A stretch of 56,544 nucleotides of DNA, the filler included, from Sphacelaria rigidula (Eukaryota): assembly GCA_964200075.2 (NCBI GenBank). It is 6 parts of 6 records of this genome, joined end to end, with 100 filler letters (N's around TTAATTAATTAA, not from the genome) between each part and the next. Parts side by side here need not be neighbours in the genome. Positions count along the whole stretch, not along the records: positions 37,765 to 47,105 come from CAXNAA020008715.1; positions 47,206 to 56,544 come from CAXNAA020008716.1; 4 more parts are not named here. One strand, given 5' to 3'. How positions within the stretch are numbered: the first letter of the stretch is position 1; each line of letters opens with the position of its first letter. Shown one piece after another: positions 37,765-48,289 of this stretch. The position numbers and the translations under genes are program-made. The notes under the pieces were generated by a model. That model saw nothing but the letters and a program-made list of their open reading frames with translations. It did no database searches and was not told the DNA's origin.

Positions 37765-40166
37765 CTGTTAAGCTTGGGACACAGCTCGCGCCCCCCCAGC
37801 GCCCGTGTCAGCGCGGAGCAGTCGGTGACCAGTCTAAACTTCCTCCCTGCTAGATACGGTCTAAAGTGTTGGACCCCCCATATCACGGCCATACGTTCCC
37901 TCTCCGTGGGTGATCGACGCGAGTCTGCACGTGAAAACCGATGACTCGCGAATGCGATGATGCGGGAGTCGTTTCCCACTGGCTGAAGGAGGGTGGCCCC
38001 GCACCCACTGTGCTGGCATCGGTCTTCAATTCGAACGTGCTATTCATGTCGGGGAAAGCGAGGATCGTTGGTGATGCTAGGGAAGACTTGAGTGTCTGGA
38101 ATGCTGTTTCCTGGTCATCACCCCACGGGATGGTCAACTTTCGTGCACGACGGGAGGCAAACTCTTTGTTGCGAAGAATGTTGGTCAACGGGGCGGTTAC
38201 TACGCTGCACTTCTCGACAACCTGTCTGAGATACCCGGTGAGTCCGAGAAATGAACGGAGTTCCTCAACGGTGCGTGGACGCGGCATCTTAGCGCCTGCG
38301 GTGAGTTTGGACGGGGCCGGTTGTATCCCTGTGCTATAGAGCAACATGCCAAGAGATTCCTGAGACGGTGCTGCAAAGCTGCACTTGGCAAAGTTAACCG
38401 AGAATCCTGCAGTCGACAATCGTTGCAAGATTATGGTTAGTAGTGCCAAGTGCTCATCCCACGTGGGGCTAGCTATGAGGATGTCATCTAGCCAGCTGTG
38501 TACACCGGTCAGGTTGCCTATCGTTGATTTTACCCTACGAGTGAATGCTGCTGGGAGTACTGTCAGTCCGAAACCCGCCCTGGTAAACTCAAAGAGTAGG
38601 CCGCCCGCATCTCTGAATGCCGTCTTGTGACGGTCTTTTTCTGCGAACTCGATTTGGTGGAATCCTGAGGCTAGATCTAGTTGCGTGAAAGATCTCTTGC
38701 CTTTGAGACCATCAAATATAGACTGCATGTCACCCAGTCCTCCGCGATCAAACACTAAAAGCTTGTTCGGAGCACACCAGTCGATGCACAGGCGTAAGGT
38801 AGTGTCTTTCTTCTTGGCAAAAAATACATTGTGCGGCCCATGGAGAGGTTGAGGGGCGGATAACTTCGCGGTCAAGAAGCTTATGAATTTCTTCCCTGAT
38901 CATTCGGCGTTCTTCAGGTGAAAAGCGGCGTTGCTTTGCGGCGAAAGGCGTGCTACTTTCGTCGATCAATGGTAATTCTAGCTCACCACTAATGCAGGCT
39001 GGCACTCGCTTGAGATCCGTGGGAAACAATCCTGCTTCCACGAAATCCCGTAGGACGCGCACCAGTTCCGCCTTCTCTGCTCCCCAGAGCTGTCCCATGT
39101 TTGCATCCGACACACGGACCTGGCTAGGTTTTGAGAGAAGTTGACCACGCTCAGGGCACGAGGGGGGTGCGGGCACGGTAGGTTGGTCTACCGTTGATTG
39201 TGTGTCGTCGAAACGTGAGTGAAAGCGAGCAGGATCGCGCACGTTGAGGGCTATCAAGCGCGCGATTGTTCCTCGTGTCTTCACTTCGGCTTTATCCTTA
39301 CCTCTATTTACTAACTTACAGTAAACTGGACACCCTGGTACCCACCACAGCACTCCTTTGGCTACCCCTACCAACGCTTCACCGTCCAGGTCGTACTTAG
39401 CCAAGGGCAAGATCAGCACTAGCTGCTTATCCTGGGGTTGGGGTCCCACGACGACTGATTCCACCGCCATGCTTACAAATCCATCGATGAAGACGGAATG
39501 CTCGGCCAGCTTGAGGTTCCACTCCCTCGTGCCGTCGTCTTCCCAGGCAATGTCGCTGTAGCTGGGGAACTTACAGGGCGCGGCAGGAGGCATGGCTAGC
39601 GAACAAACTTCGTTGAGCATTTCAAGGGCCGAGATGTTCTGTTTAGCATGTCGGGGGCTATCATTGGTCAAAAGCGGGATCCATGGTGCGGACGGGGTAG
39701 GGCGAAACCCTCCTGTGGCTTTGAACTCGAGAGTGCTACGGTTTGCCCTAAAACACTCTGCCCCAAGAATGAACCCGTAAGGTAGGTCCTCTACCACCCT
39801 GACTGTTACTTCACGAACGCGAGTATCCTTGGTGAACAAGATAGGTATCACGACTGATCCAACTATAGACATCGGGGGTACCTTGCTCCGTGAGGGGTTG
39901 GCAGCGCGAAGGGCGCCAGCATTGTTCGTGTCCAGCTTGGCATGTATTACTTCTGCTTTTATGAGGCAACGCCACAAAAATCCAGACATGTAATTGCCCC
40001 CACCTGCCCCGGTGTCCAACAGTACCTCGAGTGGCCACGACTTCCGAGCCCGGTTTCGGTGCCAGATCTCTCCCGCCACCCACAGCTGGTTACCGAGACG
40101 GCCCGCGATGGCTGCCAAGTCCTCCTCCAGCAAGTTCCCCAGGTTGAGAATACCTGGGGCGTCCCC
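37765..40166 (-). pseudogene. pol: Ty3/Gypsy pol: protease-RT-RNase H, two frameshifts, cut at the contig edge
   Basis: Protease VLLDTGA and ILG; RT SPWAA, LRLCID, LDLASGFHQI, KTAF, WLDD; RNase H TDAS, IAFAS, VTDCSAL; frameshifts near 38820 and 37990. Confidence 0.92.
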
Positions 40167-42102
40167 TCATTTTTCGCTGTTGCTGTCGGAGGACGTCCCT
40201 TCTTCTTCGTCTTCCTGTCCACCATCGCTACCCTCGTTGATCAGGCCCATGTCGATCGCCGCTAGGTATTGGGATTCCGTAAGAGCTGCGAGGCGCTTTC
40301 GGGGGACAGCGGCTCTTCGGCGGGCCCGGACGTTCCTGTAGTGAGCAGGCGAGATAATGCCGTGCGTGTACGGACAGGGAGTGCCGTCACGGCGGCGGCA
40401 GGTACCTGTGAAAGCGTGGCCGAAGCAGATCTTGTTCCTGCGGAGGTAATCGATGACCTCGTCTCGATCGCCAGTCGGGGAAGGGGCGGCTTGGTCGTCA
40501 CGGGTGCTCCCAGCCGAGGATGAACTTGAAGGCGGGGGTGGTGCAGCATGCGACGAAGACACTTGTTTCGCGGCCGCTGCCCAGCCTTGATTCTGCACTT
40601 CTCTGGCCGACCGTTGCTTCTGCTCCACGAAAGGTACACCGTGCTGCCCTGGGATGGCCCCTGGTGTGTTGTTGAATGCTGCCGCCAGGGCCGGTGTCTG
40701 CTGCTGAGCGCGCTTGCTCGACTGCGGTTGCGGTTGCGCGTACTCTACCTGTGGTGAGATTCTGGGAGCGGACGCAGGGTCTGCGGCAAAACGGGGCATC
40801 AATCCTTCATTTCCACCACGGAGCGCAGCGAATTGCGCGGGGGACATTAGTTGAAAATCCGTGAGCGAGAAAAGGCGACCTGGCCCTACCGTGCGACTCG
40901 TTTTTTTCTGGACGGGCTTCCTGTAATGTGACGAGGGGCGCGCAGTGAGAACTTTGATAAACTCTTCGTACAACCCTTTTGCCACTTCAACGCGGCGGCG
41001 GATAGGTCCCCCCAGGGGGTTTTGCAGCTCCTCTGCCATGTCGGCGACCTTGGTGTCTGCTACACTCATTTTCTCGTGGAGCATTGATTGCATGCCCTCC
41101 CTGCGCGCTTCATCGGGCAGAACGGCTCGGACGATGCATTCATACAGTTCGTTCAATTGCTCTTTCGTGATGAAAGTCCAGAAAAAGCCAGTTTCAGTGG
41201 CGTGCGGACGGCTTGCGCAAGCTAGGGTGGCTTTATAAGCCAACAAAACTCGCTCAGCCACATGCTCTCAAGACTCCCCGTTTTTCAGGGTAATTTCCTT
41301 CAACGCCTCTCGTGCATTTTCGGCGGAGTTAATGTTAAGAGCTTGTTCACGCACCAACAGACGCAACCAATCAGTAGCCGTTACCTGCTCATGGCGGACA
41401 ATTTCCGATCCTCCCGAGATTCGGTACACCCGAACGTCAGTGCCCGATAGTAAGGCTGTGGCAGTAGTGCTACCCCTTGCAAGCAAGTCTGAGAGTAAGT
41501 CACGGCGGCGGGGCGAGTAATTGTCGACTTTAGTGCCCCACCTTCCCCCACCCAACGGTACATCTTCGGGGAGCTTCAGGGCGGCACGTTCCACGTGACG
41601 CAACGTGCTCCAAATCTTTTCTCGAAGAAGTACTGCACTGTTGGCGATGGTTAGCTTGCCTGGGAAAGTGCCCGTGTACACTGGCATCCTTGAGGTGTTC
41701 GCAATGCGATTCAGCACCCGTATGTTCACCTTAGCCAGTTGATTGGCTTCGGCCCCTTCCACCCCTTCCTCCCTGTTGACGCTTCCCTCCGTCTCATGCC
41801 TGTCCCTGGATGACCGATTGTCACGATCCGTTCTGGGACGGCTCGTGGAGCGTTAAGTCACGCGGGAAGGTTGCGGCGAGGGAAGGTAGACGAGAGCGCG
41901 AGGGGCGGAGGGAGCTACGGCGAGGGCTACGGGAGTCTCGTGAATCGGAACGGCTACGACCACGGCGGTGAAAGCGAGAGTGGGAGCGGGAGTCCCGGGA
42001 ATCGGAACGACTGCCGCGTGCTGAGGAGAACCTGGAGTCTGAGCGGCGTCTATCGTTCCTCCTTCCCCGTCCCTCACCACCTTCTGCGCCTCTGCCAGAC
42101 AT
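40167..42102 (-). pseudogene. gag: Gypsy gag (RS-rich N-terminus, CCCH zinc finger, acidic tail), with one frameshift and one premature stop
   Basis: Three consecutive ORFs (42102-41821, 41762-41268, 41261-40167) between the PBS/5' UTR and protease; C-x8-C-x7-C-x3-H near the end. Confidence 0.75.
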
Positions 42103-42134
42103 GTTTTTTGTTTTTTTGTTTTACTTATCAACTG

Positions 42135-42192
42135 GTACAGCATGAAACAGTACAGCATGAAATAGTACAGCATGAAACAGTACAGCATGAAA
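42135..42192. repeat. 15-bp tandem repeat x4 (GTACAGCATGAAACA) just upstream of the gag ATG
   Basis: Directly visible. Confidence 0.9.
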
Positions 42193-43294
42193 CATCGGCG
42201 GCGCGTGTGTTTCGTCATTTCCCATGGTCACAATGAGATGTGATCCAAGAAAACAGAGATGCGCAGCAACACAGTTTTTGTTTGCCCCATATCAGTATGA
42301 GGCTAGGAAACGAAAATCGATAACAACGGCCGAGAGAGGGAGAAGGACGCCGACAGGACAGAAGGGGGAGCAACGGAAGCATCGCGTGGATGAGTAAATG
42401 CTTTTGATGACAGTTAGCGTGGTCAGCATTGAAGGACCGATCATTTTTTGCAAGGACCCACTATTTCACGATGCTTTACCTTTTTCCAGCACGCATCATT
42501 TCATTATTTTTCTTTTGGGGCATTCTTTTTTCTTTTTTCAGTCGAGAAGGATCGGTCCTCAAAGGTTGGCCATCAAAGGATCGTCGTCAATCGAAGCGAC
42601 CGCAGTGATGAACAGTACGGGCAGCAGCGGCTTCGAAACGAATATTTGAACTACCGACCAACCCGTACACACAATTAGTAACTTGTGTGATTCCGACCAA
42701 AAGGGATTATGGTGACGCGATGCAGTCTAAATTCCCGGCCAACCCGTACACACAATTAGTAACATGTGTGATCCCGACCAAACGGGATGATGACGCGATG
42801 CAGGGAAAGCCACTATAACGTACGGGTAGACCACAACAGCAAACAACGTCTCGTCATCACGAAGAGGTGCATTTCAGGGGAACAGACGCGTGGGGACCTC
42901 GGTGTAACAATTTAGGCACACATGGTGATGACAATCGTTTATCGGTAAAAACTCATGCGGTCAAAGTGGGGCACCGTACAAGCAGCAGAGTGGGAAACTA
43001 CGCGAGTGGGAAACTACGCGAGTGGGAAACTACTCGTGACTTTACATGCCGGTGTAAGCGGCATTACGCGCACATGAGGGCTTAAACAGGCAGTGCGATA
43101 GCCAGCAGGGTACAACTACCCATGGGCGGTAAGGTCAAAAATCGCAACGCCTCAGGCGGGACAATAACTGCAGAGCAGCAAAACAAAATTGCATTGTTCT
43201 TGAGGCGGAACAGTAACCACACATCAGGGTAACTGCCAGTACAGCGGAAACAGCCGCAGCAACTGCAACATGAAAGTTTAGAGTACTGTGGAAA

Positions 43295-43323
43295 CCCGAG
43301 TTCGATTCTCGGATTGGACACCA
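43295..43323 (-). promoter_or_regulatory. Primer-binding site, complementary to a tRNA 3' end
   Basis: Minus strand TGGTGTCCAATCCGAGAATCGAACTCGGG directly after the LTR ...CA; plus strand reads as T-arm, acceptor strand and CCA. Confidence 0.85.
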
Positions 43324-43770
43324 TGTCATGGCTCGATACTCTAGCTGGGAATGGTGCCAGTTCAATGGGCACCAGGCTAGCTGCTCAAACACAATCATTA
43401 GTATCGAAGCCATTGAGCTCGATTTACCAGGTGGGAGTCAACCCACACACTTATGACCCGGCACATGCCCAAGGTTCACGCCGCAGACAAGACCAATATG
43501 ATGCGTGCAATGCGGGCTTACATTTGTAAAGGCCAAAGGCTCCTCTGAGGTAGCAGTCCGAGATAGTGTTGATGCTTCTTGTATTATTGGCAACCGGCTG
43601 ATAGCTGCTACGTGTGCGTTGAGATGAGTTCCCAAAAGACTGTGGCCGAGTAGGGGGCACTCTCGAAATCAACCAGACTCAGAATGGCCCATGACTTGTC
43701 GGGCTAGACAACGCAAGAGTATGACACATGGAATCTACTCGACTGGACCATAACCGATAAATCCGGAACA
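43324..43770 (-). repeat. Long terminal repeat (447 bp)
   Basis: TG...CA ends (TGTTCCGG...CCATGACA on minus), PBS directly downstream, PPT-like tract directly upstream. Confidence 0.8.
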
Positions 43771-43785
43771 TCCCCCCAGCCTTTT
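43771..43785 (-). promoter_or_regulatory. Polypurine tract
   Basis: AAAAGGCTGGGGGGA directly before the LTR TG on the minus strand. Confidence 0.65.
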
Positions 43786-44479
43786 AATAAGGCTAAGCGA
43801 AAGAAATGTGGGAAACGAAGCCTGTGCATCAACACCTGAAATAAGGAAACGAGAAAAACCTGCAACTAATGTTGCAGGGGAAAACTCGGTATCTAATAGA
43901 TAGGTAAACCCCGTTAGACGGGGGAAACCCTATCCGTTAGGAAAGGAAAAAAATCTCTAGCGCCCTTTCCAATCGACAGAAACTGCAGACAAGTGCGATC
44001 GATGTCGTTTCCCCGGGATCTCAGTTAGACTGGAGAACGATTAGCTAATTAGCTTCATCGCGCGTCGACACCCTGGATCAGTTACACTGAATTCCAGGGT
44101 AGTGCGGGGCTTTAACCACATCCAACTTACGTTGGATTCGCTAAAAACAACCTTTCCACGAACTCATCAATAGTTACAGGAGTGCAGCTTTTGGGAAGTG
44201 CTTTCCTGTAACTACTGATGTTTATGCTACGAAGAATAGAGCCCACGCGCCTTGGCTCATAAATGTATTTGCATGTTACAAAATGGGAACCAGACAAGGC
44301 CAAGGAACGACAAAAAAGAAGAAAGAAAAACAGGCACACTCGTAATTCACACTGAAGAGTACGGTACCAACAATTCTTCTTGCTTATTTTACAACTCCCT
44401 TCCCTGCGCAATGATGTCCTGTACCATTTCATATACCGACTATTCCTAGACATTCCCACTCCAGTTCAAAGTAGGGAAA

Positions 44480-45190
44480 GTAGGATCCTTTTTCCCGCGT
44501 TAAGCGGTCTAGTTCCTGGCAAGATAGCTCCTCCCAGTCTCCGCCTTCGTATCGTACTCGCCAAAAGCGTCTCCCGTAGTTATACACCTGACCCTTGACC
44601 TTGAGACCTCGAAAGTCTTTCCAGAAAGTAACACCTATTGGGAAAAGCTTCAAGGCGTCACTGCGCGACAGGAGAGCGGGGCGCTTCTTGGAGTGCGGGG
44701 ACGGATTGGGTGCAACTGCGGGGTTGTACAGGTGCCAAAGTGCGTGGAAAGCGTCTAGTTCCAAAGAAGAAACAAACGCTATTTCGGAGATATACTCGTC
44801 CCATCTCTGGGGCCACGACCTACATAGCTCTGCAAGCATGTCTGGTAGCCATCCCCCCAGCCTCTCGACTGCTCCTTGGTCTCTGGGGTGATCAGAGGGC
44901 CCAAAAGCAATGTCTTCTTTCAGCCACCTGCACAGGTGTGTCACCACCTCAGCTCTAAATTCTTTTCCTCCGTCACTACGGATTTTTGCGGGGGACGCCG
45001 AATGTCAAGCAGAGTTCAGCAAGGATGCAAGAGATACTTTCAGCCTGCTTGGTTCGGAGTCGAAAGCCGAAGGGAAACTTGGAGGCTCGGTCTACGATCA
45101 ACAGAATGTACTTGTTATTCGTAAGCGATGCAATGTCTATGCTCAGCAGGTCCATCTCCAACTCTTCCCATGGTTGTGATACAGGTGCAG
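44480..45190 (-). pseudogene. Gypsy integrase remnant with internal deletion and C-terminal Tudor-like domain
   Basis: EMDL...YILLIVDRASKF...FGVP and HP..QGAVERL...WDEY, joined to FPIG..FWKDF...GQVYNY...FWRVRYEGGDWEELS. Confidence 0.85.
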
Positions 45191-45539
45191 AAGGCTCATG
45201 ACGCAGTATGGAGCAATGGGTTGTGGGAAAAGATATGAGGAATTGTGATCAAAGAAAAGGTGTGGACGATGAAGACGACATAAATGTGCCAAAAGTGCGA
45301 TGATGCCAAACAGGGAAATATCGAAATATTTTGATATTTCGCAAGGAGTTCCACCAGGATGTACGTCATCCGAAGTATTTCGATATTTTGCAAGGAGTCC
45401 CACCAGGATGTACGTCATCACCCTCTCTACTCAAGGTATTCTTTGATGACCTGATATTGGTATTAGACTTGGCAAAGCAAGGGGTGCAGTTGCTGAAGGA
45501 ATTGATACAGTGCAGCTGGCAGCAGCTAAAATAATACTT

Positions 45540-45815
45540 TGATGCGGAAACGGTGCAAATAGCAGCAGGTAAAAGATGGATGCAATAAAATTTGTAAACA
45601 AGTTGGGAGCAGTACAGATTGCAACAGCTCAGAGAATACTTGGATGCAGTGAAGTTGGTGAAGGGGTTGGGAACAGTACAGCAGCTAGGGGAATTACTTG
45701 GATGCTCGAAACAAATGAGAACGCCCCCCCTTTCGGCGAAGGAGTTGGGAACAGTGCAGCTTGCAGCAGCTAGGGGGATTACTTGGATGCTCGAAACAAA
45801 TGAGAACGCCCCCTC
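45540..45815 (+). repeat. Duplicated fragments resembling the end of a LINE RT (TVQ.AA..I/LLGCSK)
   Basis: 3-4 imperfect tandem copies; LINE origin is tentative. Confidence 0.45.
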
Positions 45816-46559
45816 CTTCGAGGTTTTTTTCTTTTCCCCACCCGTCTAGGCCTGAAATAACGTAGAGTTCCCGACAATCCAACACGGTGACAGATACAGG
45901 CAATGCAATCCAACACGGGGACAAATTCAGGGGTCAGATGGAATGTGGGTGTAGGGTTCCAGTTTGGTATCCCCCAATGTGGGACGCAAACACTTAGGGT
46001 ATGGAGTTTTTCAAATGAGGTGGGCGGATATGGAAGGACATCATTATTCTTGAGACAGCTGTGGTAGGTGTGTAATGTTTGCGGTCAGTCCAGAGCTCGA
46101 AGGGTAACGTGTCAGACGGTAGCATGGCGTCGGGTCGTCGGGTAGGGTGCGATTACCCAAGAGTCTGCGTGAAACATTATCTTTCTGAGGCCAAGATTTG
46201 TACAATCCCGTAACCATTTCAGCAGCCGTCCCCCTAGGTACTCGAATCCTGATGACTGTAGACGTAATCATTGAGAAAAATAAATAAAAAATACAAATAG
46301 ACAAGGCATGCTGAATAAGGATATTATAGTGAGATACGATGTACTAAATACACGGAGATAAAGCACAGAAATGACAAGCGACATGGCCTCACACGCATGA
46401 GTTGTACACTAATGATTGTTGGGCGAGTCTCTAGTTCGTATGCCATATCCTAGCTGAGCTATCATGAGACGGCCGGATTGTGGTAGTGAAATCTTGCTGC
46501 AGTTGTACGGCACATGAGTTTGACAGCAAAAGGAGAGCGCGCTTTCAACTACATCGTGT

Positions 46560-46960
46560 AGCAATACTGTTGGCTTTCCTATTTGTTTTAGAATATCGGT
46601 CAGCGAGGCGACTAGAATGCTACGCTCCTGGACAAACTGTCCAATGAGCCCGGTGGGTTTGGAAACGAACGTAGTTTTTCAACTGTATGGGCGTGACATC
46701 TGCGCAATTGCGTTGCGTTTGGAGGGGGCTGGTTGTATGCCGGTATTATTGATCAACAGGCTAAAGAACTCGTGAGATCCTGCAGTAAAGCTGCATTTGG
46801 CGAGTTTCACCAGACATATAGTCGTGTAGTCGACAAACATTGCCGGGGATAGTTGGGTGGGCAACGCCTCGGTCAAGAAGCTTGTGCATTTCTTCTCTGG
46901 TCATGCGGCGTTCTTATGGTGGGAGGCCGCGTTGTTTTGTGGCAAAGGGTGTGCACGCGA
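46560..46960 (-). pseudogene. Highly decayed RT fragment of the contig 5 Gypsy family
   Basis: AKCSF.A.S.EF..L...TGIQPAPSK and ERRM.REE.HKLLDR match the pol at 38200-38950. Confidence 0.75.
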
Positions 46961-47105
46961 GACAACAATCGGCAAAAATGATGGAACTCGTGCTTCGCCC
47001 CCCCCCAAGGGGGTTATGGTCATGGTCAAATGACTAAGGCAAGCAACAAATGAGTACGCCCCCCCCCCCCCCCCCCCCCCCCCCACGCGGGCGCACGGCC
47101 CCCCC

Positions 47106-47205
47106 NNNNNNNNNNNNNNNNNNNNNNNNNNNNNNNNNNNNNNNNNNNNTTAATTAATTAANNNNNNNNNNNNNNNNNNNNNNNNNNNNNNNNNNNNNNN
47201 NNNNN
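47106..47205. other. Artificial contig linker
   Basis: N44-TTAATTAATTAA-N44. Confidence 0.97.
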
Positions 47206-47649
47206 TCATCCACCAACGGGGGTTCTCCCCCCCCCCCCCCCCCCCCAAATACATGTTGTATGGGGGGTGAAATCGCAGCGGCGCCTTGTTTCTAACAAGA
47301 GGAATCAAAGGGAGGAGGGGAAAAGTCCCCTTTGATGACAAGTGCCGTCGGACGGCGAGATGAGTGTAGATGGATGGTCCGGATGGGCTGAGGGTAGTGT
47401 GAGGGTTGACACAAAAGTTTTTACTTTGTGTTGCCATCCCATCTATTCCAGACACTAATCCACAACTTTTCGCATGTGTGGGTTTATCACCCGGTGTCAG
47501 CCGAAGGTGTTCCTTCTCCGGTGCTTTGTCTCATTCTTTCTGCGGAATGGGTTCAGCCCGTGTCTTATCAAATTGTCTTCGACTCAACAACGTGCGGTGG
47601 AATCAAATTCGCTTGTACCTGATACGTCCACAGCATTCAATTTTCTAAG

Positions 47650-48032
47650 ACACGGCCTCAGCAGTCCCCTTCCCTCGTCAACCATCAAGTCGAATTTTGT
47701 GCCCCCACGATGTATTATAGTCGCTCTCGCTTGTTGAGCATTGTGTGAGAGAAACTACCGGATTGTCTGAGGCTGTATCGTATCAAACTGTCTTCATGTC
47801 GAGAACGTGTGATCGAATTGAATTCGCTCGTTTCTGATTCGTCAGCGCTATTTTTTTCCCGAGATGGTTGAGAACACGAATGCCGTGAACTTTTCAGGTA
47901 CGAGTAAATTCGGTTCCACCGTATTTTCGAGTCGAACAAACCTTAAGCGACACGAGCTGACTGCACGGAGATCCGAACCCACGACCGATACGTCGGAAGT
48001 TTCACATGTTGAACTCAACAACCGAGGCGACT
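47650..48032 (-). mobile_element. Diverged, interrupted copy of the tRNA-derived SINE
   Basis: CAGCAGTCCCCTTCCCTCGTCAACCATCAAGTCGAATTTTGTG matches 25460-25505; head remnant near 47970-48030. Confidence 0.6.
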
Positions 48033-48289
48033 TATGACAGGTCATTCGAAATGGTATTTCTCCTAGAGCTCCATTTCTATCAAGTGTTCAAGTGACCTTT
48101 CGGTAAGACAAGGCCGCGGTACCAGTACCAGACCTGCTCGGTTCGACTCCGATACGCAAAAGAACATAACAAATTAGTTGGAACGACTGTATCGAGGTAT
48201 CCGGGGGGAAAGTTCTTTCGGCTGGGCCGGTGTATTTCTTGCCTAGCCTGGAGGGGTTGTACATGGACGATGTAGGCTCATATTTAAGT

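Noticed and set aside
43250-43323. Possible tRNA gene
   Set aside because: Only the 3' part is present, with encoded CCA abutting an LTR; no matching 5' acceptor strand or D-arm, so it is a PBS
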